IMG/VR virus record: IMGVR_UViG_2778261465_000007
Reading direction: 5' to 3' (one strand)
From: a virus
Lineage: Duplodnaviria; Heunggongvirae; Uroviricota; Caudoviricetes
DNA: 12,988 nt
Part shown: positions 1 to 8,385 of the stretch, piece by piece
Layout: each line of letters starts with the position of its first letter
Numbering within the stretch: position 1 is the first letter of the stretch
Made by a program: the position numbers and the translations under genes
The notes under the pieces: generated by a model
Told to the model about the DNA's origin: nothing
The model's input: the letters and a program-made list of their open reading frames with translations, nothing else
The model's database searches: none

Positions 1-234
1 ATGAAATCAAAAGACACCCTAAAGTGGTTCCCTGCGCAGCTTCCTGAAGTAAGAATTATCCTAGGGAATGCTGTAGTGGAAGTAGCAAAACAGGGAAGAC
101 CTATCAATACCAGAACATTGCTTGATTACATTGAAGGAAACATAAAGAAAAAATCATGGCTGGATAACAAAGAATTATTACAAACAGCGATATCAGTTCT
201 TAAAGACAACCAAAATTTAAATGGTAAAATGTAA
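1..234 (+). CDS. ynaE: small AT-rich prophage protein, YnaE/YdfK-like (77 aa); ATG sits exactly at the window edge so the true 5' end cannot be confirmed
   Basis: ORF 1..234 with TAA at 232-234; strongly AT-biased codon usage; lies immediately upstream of and co-oriented with pin, as ynaE does beside pinR in Rac. Assignment is from recalled gene order, not from a motif. Confidence 0.45.
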   Translation: MKSKDTLKWFPAQLPEVRIILGNAVVEVAKQGRPINTRTLLDYIEGNIKKKSWLDNKELLQTAISVLKDNQNLNGKM

Positions 235-399
235 TATAATAAACTTACTTTTTTATCATTTTTCCACTTTAACAACATTTTGCTCCACTTTTCCACGACC
301 AAACAACTTGAAATCTGGTTAAAATAACACGCAACACTATTCTTCTTCCTTGAGTCCGCCCGGAACTCGAAAAACAAACCGAGTTAAAGCCATTTTTCA

Positions 400-413
400 C
401 AAAATCGATTTTG
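400..413. promoter_or_regulatory. 14-bp perfect palindrome CAAAATCGATTTTG in the AT-rich 316-bp intergenic region upstream of pin; candidate operator or recombinase-binding site
   Basis: Exact dyad symmetry read directly from the sequence; function unknown. Confidence 0.3.
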
Positions 414-482
414 GGTCTCACCAAAATTACGGGGTTGCATACGCATTCGTTTATTTTCGAACGTGTACATACAAATATGCAC

Positions 483-512
483 AAAAATAATCATAATTAT
501 TTTCTGAGATGC
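483..512 (+). repeat. direct repeat copy 1: AAAAATAATC - 12 nt - TGAGATGC, ending 38 nt upstream of the pin ATG
   Basis: Exact 10-mer (483-492) and exact 8-mer (505-512) shared with copy 2 at 1141-1164. Confidence 0.5.
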
Positions 513-550
513 ATTATGATATGAACACCAATTTCGTATAGAGTCTCACT

Positions 551-1141
551 ATGTCTCGAATTTTTGCTTACTGTCGGATATCAACGCTGGATCAGACCAC
601 CGAAAATCAACGCCGGGAAATCGAAAGTGCAGGTTTTAAAATCAAACCTCAGCAAATAATCGAAGAACACATTAGCGGCTCAGCAGCAACCAGTGAGCGT
701 CCTGGTTTTAACCGGTTGCTTGCTCGCCTGAAATGTGGTGATCAATTGATTGTGACAAAACTGGATCGCCTTGGTTGTAATGCAATGGATATCAGGAAAA
801 CAGTGGAACAACTGACCGAAACAGGTATCAGAGTGCATTGCTTAGCATTGGGTGGCATTGACCTGACCAGTCCAACAGGAAAAATGATGATGCAAGTAAT
901 TTCAGCAGTCGCTGAATTTGAACGAGACCTTTTACTTGAACGCACTCATTCCGGGATAGTAAGAGCCCGCGGCGCAGGGAAACGTTTTGGTCGACCACCT
1001 GTGTTAAATGAAGAACAGAAACAGGTGGTATTCGAACGAATTAAGTCAGGTGTAAGTATAAGTGCCATTGCCCGGGAATTCAAAACCTCGCGGCAAACCA
1101 TTTTAAGAGCCAAAGCAAAACTTCAGACACCTGACATATAA
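551..1141 (+). CDS. pinR: Pin-type serine recombinase / DNA invertase (196 aa)
   Basis: N-terminal catalytic motif YCRISTLDQ (serine nucleophile), resolvase/invertase core (LDRLGCN, GRPP) and C-terminal helix-turn-helix ([18 protein letters not shown]); 196-aa length and sequence match my recollection of PinR/PinQ; convergent with tfa as in Rac. Confidence 0.9.
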
Positions 1142-1164
1142 AAAATAATCTCGGTGTGAGATGC
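1141..1164 (+). repeat. direct repeat copy 2: AAAAATAATC - 6 nt - TGAGATGC, starting at the last base of the pin stop codon; contains inverted repeat ATCTC-GGTGT-GAGAT (1148-1162)
   Basis: Exact 10-mer (1141-1150) and 8-mer (1157-1164) shared with copy 1. Confidence 0.5.
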
Positions 1165-1238
1165 TTTACGTCTTCCAAGCCCCCTTCCTTGCCGTAAATG
1201 GAAAGATACATCTAATTATAGAATTTATATGTTTTACC

Positions 1239-1814
1239 CTACGGCAGTGCTGGCCATTCAATATCCTGTGCAGTTGACGTATCAACACGGTTCAGCAATA
1301 CCCGATACTTTTTCCATGCTTCCAGCAACGAGATTTCTTCCTCCGTTGCAATTTCCAGATCTGCAGCATCCTGAAGCGGCGCAATATGCTCACTGGCTAC
1401 CTGCATCAGGTTGTTTTTTGTTTCTTCCGCCTCCCGGATCCGGAACAGTTTTTCTGCTTCCGTATCCTTCACCCAGGCTGTGCCGTTCCACTTCTGAAAC
1501 TCCCCTTCCGGCGATAACCAGGTAACATTTTCCGGTAACGGACCGAGTTCAGAAATAAATAACGCGTCGCCGGAAGCCACGTCATAAACCGTTTTACCCC
1601 GATGATCTTCAACGAGATGCCACGATGACTCATCACTGTTGAAAACAGCCACGAAGCCAGCCGGAATATCTGGCGGTGCAATATCGGTACTGTTTGCTGG
1701 CAGACCTGTATGAGGCGGAATATATGCATCACCTTCACCAATAAATTCATTAGTTCCGGCCAGCAGATTATAAATTTTTATGGTCCGTGGTTGTTCACTC
1801 ATTCTGAATGCCAT
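1239..1814 (-). CDS. tfaR: tail fibre assembly protein Tfa (191 aa)
   Basis: Translation [24 protein letters not shown]...DIEWPALP is typical of lambdoid Tfa; GAGG Shine-Dalgarno 8 nt upstream; start overlaps the stop of the upstream fibre remnant (TAATG). Confidence 0.85.
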
Positions 1815-1954
1815 TATGCAAGCCTCACAATATAGTTAAATGCGATGTTTTTGACGGTGTTTTCCGCGTTACCAGCAGCGTTAACGGTGATGGTGTGTCC
1901 ATGTGAACCAATCGCAACGGAGTGCGTGTGTGCACCAATAACCATCGCCAAATC
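1814..1954 (-). pseudogene. side tail fibre (Stf) C-terminal remnant, 46 codons, in-frame stop immediately upstream
   Basis: Minus-strand frame reads [46 protein letters not shown] then TAA overlapping the tfa ATG; the HTH...[15 protein letters not shown] ending is the conserved C-terminus of lambdoid side tail fibres; in-frame TAA at 1955-1957 and no upstream fibre coding sequence before the tape measure stop at 2026. Confidence 0.7.
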
Positions 1955-2025
1955 TTACAGTTTTTATCGATGGTTTATTTTCTGTTTTCATTCCATCCTC
2001 TGGTAACCAGTGAAATTCTTCCGTA

Positions 2026-5000
2026 TTAGCCACTTAACATTCCCCCATCACGTCGCATATTTAACAGATTGCCCTGCACCCGCTGATCAACCATCCCCAT
2101 AAGTGCTTTTATTGCCTGAGGGCCAATCTCTCCATTCTGGCCGTCATTTTGAATAGTGATTTGGTATACAGGGGCATAGGTAATATCTCCGCCTCCATTA
2201 CCACTTTTACTATTAATAGCTCTGACACCAAGAGAACCATCGGAAGTTCGTGTTAATGGCATAATGGCTTCCGGACCAGCCTCACCAAAAACACCAGCCC
2301 CTCTTGCAAAAGCAAAAAATTGCGGGGAATCATAAATACCGTTCGAATACGTGTTCAATGACGGAGACTCATAAACACCGCCCTTTGCATTCGGAATAAA
2401 TTTACTAATAGCACTCCCGATAGTTCCTAAAATCCCCCCAGAAGAACTGTTACTAATGCTGTCGAAAATCCCAGTAATTGAAGCCTTTAATGCTATTCGA
2501 CTAAGATCCGAAATCACGGAAGTAGCGAAAGAACGAAAATTTGCCTTGCCTGTCGTGACAAAATCACCCAGCGCATCGGTCATTCCATCAAACATCTGAG
2601 TCGTGGTTGATTTTATCTGCTCACTGATATCCTTAGTGTCATCCAGCCAGTTATTGAATCCCTGGGAGGCACCACTAACCCAGTCTCCTGCCTGAATATC
2701 GAGCTGCTCGTTTTTCTGTCTGACAATTTCTTTTTCTCGTTCCAGAGCATCATTCAGAGCCTGCATTTTCTCCTGAAAAACATGATTTGACATCCCACGG
2801 GATTTATCTGCATAGTCACGTTCAAGTTGCAGACGCTGATTGTTATATTCACGTTCAATCCGCAGTAATTCCTGCTGGCGTTGCTGATTTTTATCGCCAA
2901 CCCCATAACCAGCAATCTGAATATCATACCCCTGTTGACGATTATCAATCGAAGCCTGCAATGAATCACGCCATGCAGCTATTTCGGCGGATTCCTTGAT
3001 TAGCCTGTTATTTTTTTCAATCGCAACATTTTTCTCCATCAACGCGGTTATTTCTTCCCGGTGTAAGAGAAGCGATTTCTGATCCTGGGTTAATTTCGAT
3101 GACGGTCGTGACTCCAGGTCGGCAATCTGCTGACGCCACTTAACCAGTTCCTGTTCAGAGGAACTTAATTTAACGGTTAATTCAGTTTGTGAACTTAGTA
3201 ACGCATTCTGTTGATTCAGATGATCAATCATTCGTTGGGCAGCATCATCCGAATAACCTTTCGCCTTTGGTTGCTTTGGATCTTTATAACGCTCATTTAT
3301 TTGAGCGATAAAATTATTATATTCTTCCTTTGAATACTGACTCTTTAGCTTTTCCAGTTTTGCAAGTTCACTAGCTCTCTGCTGCTCCCGGGTCTGATAT
3401 TGTTTTGAAAAGGCATCTGCTCTCTGTCTGAGTTCAATTCCTTCCTGTTGTCGCTTGTTGTAATCGTTTATTGATGAATTTAGGACGTCCTGAGCAATTT
3501 TTTCTGCTTGAAGTACGCCCAATTGCTGCTTTAATCGTGCCAGCCTTTTATTTTGAGCTCCGCCATCTCCAATGCCACCTAACCCGAAAACTCCGGGTCG
3601 GGTATTTTTTTCTATTTCATCAATTTGACGGAGAACATCTGAGATTTTTTGATCAAGGGAGGCCTCACGGCCAATGTCCAGCATGGAATCCCATGCCCAT
3701 TTTGCGGAGTCTGCGACAGCTTTCCATGCAGTCTCAAGATAACCAAGATTTTCTTTAATCTGGTTGGTGCGCTGGATCATTGAGGATGAGTATGCTTCTG
3801 TCGCAATGCGGGCGGCCTCCTGCTGGTTCCCTTCATCCTGTAGCGCCTTAATCTGGTTATAAGTCGCAATTGTCAGAAAATGGTACTGATCATTAAGTTT
3901 TGATATGGCACTGACAGGATCCTTTGCAATTTCATTGAAGTCATTAACCAGTTGTTCGGTTGATATTCCTGTTACTTCGCTCGTTTTTACTATCGCTGTC
4001 GTCACTTGCTCCAGCGAACTGCTCGCTACCTTTCCCGAACGCACAAGCTGGTTTAATACTGCCGCCGCAGCGCCAGTTGTCGAATCAGCCGCATTCCCGG
4101 CACGTTGAGCTATATCGGCCAATTGCCCGCTGGTTGTCCCCAACTGATTTCCGGTAAGAATAAGAGATTTATTAAATTCGTCCTGCTCCTGAGAGCCTTT
4201 ATAGTAAGCCAGTCCTAAGACCCCAACGGCTGCTGCGGCCAGGGTAAAAGGATTAAGTAATCCCAGCACATAAGAACCTACACCTTTGATCGCCGGGCCA
4301 ATCCCACCGAACATATCTTTTAGCTGGCCGCCCTGCTGCATTAACACCATAAATGGCGACTGACCAGTGGACAACCCAACAACAATATCCGTCATTTGTG
4401 CAGGCAACATGCGCATAGCAAAAGCCGTTTGTTTTGCCGACATTCCGGTTTTGCTTAATTGTGATTGAGTAACCTCAAGCTCACTCCGCATAGCACGAAG
4501 TTTTCCAGAAAGCTCCTCATACATTTCAGGAGAAAGCATCCCCTTAGCTTTTGCTTCATTGAGCTGTTTCTGTTGTTCTACCAGACGATTAAAAGCAGTT
4601 CCGACAGGATCAAGTTGAGCAATCAGACGTTGCAAAGCAACAACCTGTTCATCATGCGCTTTTGCTGCTTCTCGCTCTGCCTGAGCCTCTCCGGTAAGCT
4701 CTCGCCGTGTTTCCTGTATTTTTCGGCTATAATTCTCAAACTGAGAACCATTTATTTTCCCGGATGCAAACGCAGCATTAAGTTCATCATGCTGTTGTTC
4801 AAGATTTCTTAGCGCCGCAGCCAGAGGGTCGATCTTGTCCAGCATTCTTTGAAAGGCCTGAGCCTGCGCTTCCTGCTGGGCGGCAGCAAGTTTTCCGGCC
4901 TTCTCGGCTTCTCTCTGCGCTTGCGCAACCCCGCTCAATTCCTCTGTGGTTTCATTAAGTTTACGGACAAGAAATTCATATTCTTCTTTATCAATAAGCC

Positions 5001-5259
5001 CTTTATCGAAAAATTTCTTTAATTCAGAATAGCGTCGACCGACAGTATCAATTGCGGCACCAACTGGATCAATAGCTGCTTTTAATTTTGCGAGCGCGTT
5101 CTTCTCATCTTCTGTTGCCTTAGTCACTTTCCCTGCGCTATTTGCAGCAGTTTCCCCAGCCTGCGTCATTTTGACTAATGAGGAGGTCAGATTGTCAGCA
5201 TTATTTTTCGCTCCAGTGCTATCAATAATTATTGCGAGACGCGAGGTTTGCTCTGCCAT
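2026..5259 (-). CDS. tail tape measure protein, lambda gpH family (1077 aa)
   Basis: Long coiled-coil-rich ORF with three N-terminal ~75-aa repeats, a central hydrophobic segment and the lambda-H-type C-terminal region ([22 protein letters not shown]); AGGAG 9 nt upstream of the ATG; directly follows the G/G-T chaperone genes. Confidence 0.85.
4450..5094 (-). repeat. three diverged tandem ~75-aa (about 225-nt) repeats in the N-terminal part of the tape measure protein
   Basis: Protein-level periodicity: [18 protein letters not shown] (aa 63-80), [18 protein letters not shown] (aa 143-160), [18 protein letters not shown] (aa 216-233), each followed by a ...ELSG/ELTG/ELEV segment. Confidence 0.5.
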
Positions 5260-5279
5260 TTATTAAAACTCCTGACAAC

Positions 5280-5304
5280 AAAAAAACCACCGCGAAGTGG
5301 GTTT
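5280..5304 (-). terminator. weak hairpin (CCAC-loop-GUGG) followed by U7 on the minus-strand transcript, about 20 nt upstream of the tape measure ATG; possible attenuator
   Basis: Minus-strand RNA AAACCCACUUCGCGGUGGUUUUUUU; the stem is only 4-5 bp, so weak. Confidence 0.25.
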
Positions 5305-5424
5305 CAGGCGACATAATAGTAGATATAGCGATTACGAGGCCACGCAATGCTTTTCTCCAGGAGCATCATCGATTTAATTAAAGACACCATCACATCTCTG
5401 TAACAGAGTGTACGTAATTAACAA

Positions 5425-6194
5425 CTACACACACTGCTCCTGAAAATACTGGTCATCCAGTGCAAAGATCACTGCTTCAAATTCATCGCGCTCAATCAAT
5501 ACCGGATGAGTGGCTAAATATTCATTTATCTCTGTCAGAGATAAAGGCAAAGGCACCCCAGCCATTCCAGCATAACGTCGGGCACGGGATATTACCGAAT
5601 AGGCGTACAACAACTCCTTAAGCACCGGGTCTATTTCTGGTTCCGGTATCGGTGGCAACCTGAGTTTTTCTCGCTTCCATCTTGCCTTTTCCCCCCTTTC
5701 TCCCCCGAACTCCGATAACCACCGCTGGGCAGCTATGGCTTTTTTATCGTATCCTGCTTCTGCTGCTCTTTACCCTGGGCGATGCTGGCTGCTTCTGCAA
5801 GGATCTGCCAGTACAACTCTGGATTCTGCTTAAGCAGCGCGATCCCTCGTTCTGCCGTATATTCCAGTGCAACCTCAACACCATTAACCAGTTCACCAAC
5901 CCCTTTCCAGTCTTTCAGCAGATAACGAGCGGCATTATCAATGAGTAAATCATCAACAGAATCCACCTCGGAAACCTTTGAAATATCAAACTCCTTCGTT
6001 CCGACGTGCAAACTGGCATCCATTTTCTCAATGTGGCGACGGATTAATGCATTACGGGAGCGATACTGATCGTTATCGCTGCTTGCCACCAACAGTTTTA
6101 ACCCGTCTACAGGTTTTAAGTCCTTCATTGGCGTAAACCAGCGTTCTCCACCAATGATAATTTTCTGATTAAGAATAAACATCCATAACCTCAT
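5425..6194 (-). CDS. tail assembly chaperone G-T fusion produced by programmed -1 ribosomal frameshift
   Basis: The frame of ORF 5425..5658 stays open upstream to overlap the 3' end of G; slippery heptamer A-AAA-AAG sits 2 codons before the G stop; position between major tail gene and tape measure gene matches the conserved G/GT arrangement. Confidence 0.55.
5733..6194 (-). CDS. tail assembly chaperone G (153 aa; alternative start at Met5, 6182)
   Basis: ORF ending ...QDTIKKP-TAG directly upstream of the tape measure gene; GGGGGA (or GAGG for Met5) Shine-Dalgarno; carries the frameshift site. Confidence 0.7.
   Translation of the reverse strand: MRLWMFILNQKIIIGGERWFTPMKDLKPVDGLKLLVASSDNDQYRSRNALIRRHIEKMDASLHVGTKEFDISKVSEVDSVDDLLIDNAARYLLKDWKGVGELVNGVEVALEYTAERGIALLKQNPELYWQILAEAASIAQGKEQQKQDTIKKP
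5739..5745 (-). other. -1 programmed ribosomal frameshift slippery site A-AAA-AAG (minus-strand mRNA)
   Basis: mRNA reads ...GAU ACG AUA AAA AAG CCA UAG; after a -1 slip the frame continues as AIAAQRWLSEFGG... into the T segment ending at 5425. Confidence 0.6.
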
Positions 6195-6242
6195 TCAATG
6201 CGTCCCCCTGTAGGGCAGTACCACAGGAGAAATAACGGAAAA

Positions 6243-7205
6243 TCAACTAATCGCCTCAGCACTGGCTTTTGCGATCACGGCAGCCGGGGAATTTTTTTTT
6301 CTGGTTATCGTAGGTGCTTCATCTGCTGCGGTAATGCTCAATTGAACCTGGATAATGTCGCTATTACCCCCATCAGGCCATTCACCTGACACCTGAACCT
6401 TCGGGAAACTGAAAGTGTATGCCCCCTCTCCATTCGAAAGCGTGAAGCTGAACGGAACTGTTTCTCCAGTCAGTGTTTTACTCCAGATTTCCCACGCGGC
6501 TTTAGACCATGAAAGCGTCACCGTACCGGACGGTGTAAAAGTAGTCGGAATATTTGCTCCTGCATAAGGCGAGCCAGTCCCGATACAACGCTGTGTCTGG
6601 AGTTTGTTATCGAACTGAATATCAAAACTGTCGATACAAAAACCGTTACCTCCGGCAACACCATTCAGGCTTACTGCTGAAACCTCCTTAAACGAATAAC
6701 GTAGCTTTCCTGCACTATCCACAGGTTCGCCTTTGATAAAATTCGTATCATCGGCCTTTGATTCCCAGTCCAGTCCGGCAAAGGTTACGGTCGCTGTAAT
6801 ATCGCCGTCGTTAGGGATCTGCATTTTCCATGAGCCAACCTGCGCTCCTCTGACGACAGAGGCAATTCCGACATCGGACGCATAGGTCGCCAGAGAAAAT
6901 GTTATTCGCTCATTCCCCATTGTCAGAGAATCGCCTGACCATTCCGCGCCGAAACAGGATGCAAGAAAATCATCATGTTGACCCCAGCGAAATTTGGTAC
7001 CAACATCACCGCCGACATCCACAGTGCCAGGCGTCGCCCCCTGAGCCATCCGGGAGCCACCAATCTCATTATTTTCGCCTTTATTCTGGGTGGGTTTTAC
7101 TTCCCAGCTTGTGCGTTTTAATAAACTCCAGTCACCACTTGCTGGCGTAGTGCCTGCAACCGTCTCCCGGATAAATGCCGAGATAACCTTTGCACCTGAA
7201 CTCAC
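6243..7205 (-). CDS. major tail (tube) protein, 320 aa, with a putative Ig-like C-terminal extension (inferred from size, about 75 aa longer than lambda gpV); GTG start
   Basis: Gene immediately upstream of the G/GT chaperones; GTG preceded by AGGAGG at a 5-nt spacing. Confidence 0.65.
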   Translation of the reverse strand: MSSGAKVISAFIRETVAGTTPASGDWSLLKRTSWEVKPTQNKGENNEIGGSRMAQGATPGTVDVGGDVGTKFRWGQHDDFLASCFGAEWSGDSLTMGNERITFSLATYASDVGIASVVRGAQVGSWKMQIPNDGDITATVTFAGLDWESKADDTNFIKGEPVDSAGKLRYSFKEVSAVSLNGVAGGNGFCIDSFDIQFDNKLQTQRCIGTGSPYAGANIPTTFTPSGTVTLSWSKAAWEIWSKTLTGETVPFSFTLSNGEGAYTFSFPKVQVSGEWPDGGNSDIIQVQLSITAADEAPTITRKKNSPAAVIAKASAEAIS

Positions 7206-7231
7206 AGGAGCCTCCTATGTCATTAATTGCG

Positions 7232-7624
7232 CTAGAGCGCGCGATATGGAATTTGAAGATTAAGCTGGAACCAGCCATTCTTTTCGCCAACGGCTATTGA
7301 GGAAACAGCCTGGTAACTGAGACGATCGTCATCCTGAAACTCAAACAGTTCCCGCAATTTATCGGCTGTCTCAGTAATGAGTTTTGAACCAGAACCTGCG
7401 GGGACAAATAACTGAATAATGATTATCCCCGTGCGATAAACAACCGGCCCCGCGCCAATTTCATTAACTCCAGCCTGCCCGGGAATATTACTTAACCGCG
7501 CCCAGATTAACTTACCGGAAGGATCGAACGTTGGCCCGTTCGGATACAATACGTCTTTTCCATCAATAATCGTCTGTGCCGTCATTCTGGAAATAACCGT
7601 ATTTCTGATTTCAGTAAACTTCAT
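7232..7624 (-). CDS. head-tail joining / tail terminator-like protein (130 aa)
   Basis: Small ORF between the HK97-gp10-like gene and the major tail gene; ATGA start/stop overlap with the upstream gene; function from position only. Confidence 0.45.
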   Translation of the reverse strand: MKFTEIRNTVISRMTAQTIIDGKDVLYPNGPTFDPSGKLIWARLSNIPGQAGVNEIGAGPVVYRTGIIIIQLFVPAGSGSKLITETADKLRELFEFQDDDRLSYQAVSSIAVGEKNGWFQLNLQIPYRAL

Positions 7625-8001
7625 TTGTAAGCCTGTAAAACACCATGAAAAGCGTTGGCATACACGCCAGTTGGCGCTTGTTGTGAATGACCGTTTTCAA
7701 GAGCCTCTGCATAAGGAAGGTTATTCTGGATATAAATAACCCCGTAATTTGCAGCTTTCGAAATAACCCCGATCCCACGCTGAACAGCAATCGTACCGTT
7801 CGGATCCACGTTATCAGATATACCAAAATCGGGATGCTGTAACGACACCAGGTTGTTATTTCTGAAACGTCCGGTATCAACCGGAGCAGCAATATCAATA
7901 GCAGTAAGAATCTGCATAGCGATGTAGCGAATCTTCAGCCCTACATCTTCCTCAATCATCCCGGCAAATATTGACGGTTCTATATCCCATGCCTTTGCCA
8001 T
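7621..8001 (-). CDS. tail completion protein, HK97 gp10-like (126 aa)
   Basis: VDTGRFRNN motif resembles the DTG-x-LR signature of the HK97 gp10 family; start directly follows the upstream stop (TAA-ATG). Confidence 0.5.
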   Translation of the reverse strand: MAKAWDIEPSIFAGMIEEDVGLKIRYIAMQILTAIDIAAPVDTGRFRNNNLVSLQHPDFGISDNVDPNGTIAVQRGIGVISKAANYGVIYIQNNLPYAEALENGHSQQAPTGVYANAFHGVLQAYK

Positions 8002-8385
8002 TTACGCTCTCCTTAACTGGATAGAGTAAACTGATGCGGAAGGATCTACACTTGCTGTAATTACCTCGTATCGTTGTAACTGCCTTGATACAGGATCATA
8101 AATCTCAATAATATGGTCGACAGCTGGTTTATCCGTAACCTCGCATACCAGAGCGGTTAATTTAAGGTCACCATGCAAAATATTAATCCCATCAATTCTG
8201 CCCAGCTTATAACGTGTCAACACGCCTCGCCCGGTATAGATTGCGGTGGATTCGCCGCCAGTTTCCGTCACAGGATCCCAGTGCCGGTGCGTAACGTAAG
8301 AACCAGAAAAATCACTCACGGCGTCCGCTAAATCCTCATCAAAAGCAGCGGCAACCTCTGACTGAATCTCTTCACGAAGCCCCAT
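8002..8385 (-). CDS. head-tail joining (head closure/adaptor) protein (127 aa)
   Basis: Position in the coupled head-tail cluster; TAATG overlap with the upstream gene; no diagnostic motif recognised. Confidence 0.45.
   Translation of the reverse strand: MGLREEIQSEVAAAFDEDLADAVSDFSGSYVTHRHWDPVTETGGESTAIYTGRGVLTRYKLGRIDGINILHGDLKLTALVCEVTDKPAVDHIIEIYDPVSRQLQRYEVITASVDPSASVYSIQLRRA

Noticed and set aside
335-351. Hairpin GAGUCCgcccGGAACUC downstream of ynaE as a terminator
   Set aside because: No U-tract follows it on either strand.
126-484. Minus-strand ORFs 126..377 and 269..484 in the ynaE/pin leader region
   Set aside because: They overlap ynaE antisense and the AT-rich intergenic region; translations are Cys/Phe-rich and implausible, with no ribosome binding site.
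742-1750. ORFs 742..945 (-), 1229..1525 (+) and 1469..1750 (-) overlapping pin and tfa
   Set aside because: Out-of-frame or antisense overlaps of confidently identified genes.
1955-1985. ATCGAT-centred AT-rich sequence (TTTTTATCGATGGTTTATTTT) at the fibre-remnant boundary as a partner crossover site for the palindrome at 400-413
   Set aside because: Only the 6-bp ATCGAT core is shared; the flanks show no direct or inverted similarity, and a 6-mer match is expected by chance in 13 kb.
2754-4812. Plus- and minus-strand ORFs inside the tape measure gene (2754..2969, 2787..2999, 3471..3758, 3905..4108, 3960..4157, 4465..4812)
   Set aside because: All lie antisense or out of frame within a long, well-supported coding region; their translations are low-complexity with no start context. 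Spurious.
6291-6300. A9 tract in the major tail gene as a programmed frameshift producing an alternative tail protein
   Set aside because: Both shifted frames terminate within about 10 codons, so there is no alternative domain to gain.
5682-7150. Plus-strand ORFs 5682..5948, 6198..6389 and 6899..7150
   Set aside because: Antisense to the G and major tail genes; no support.
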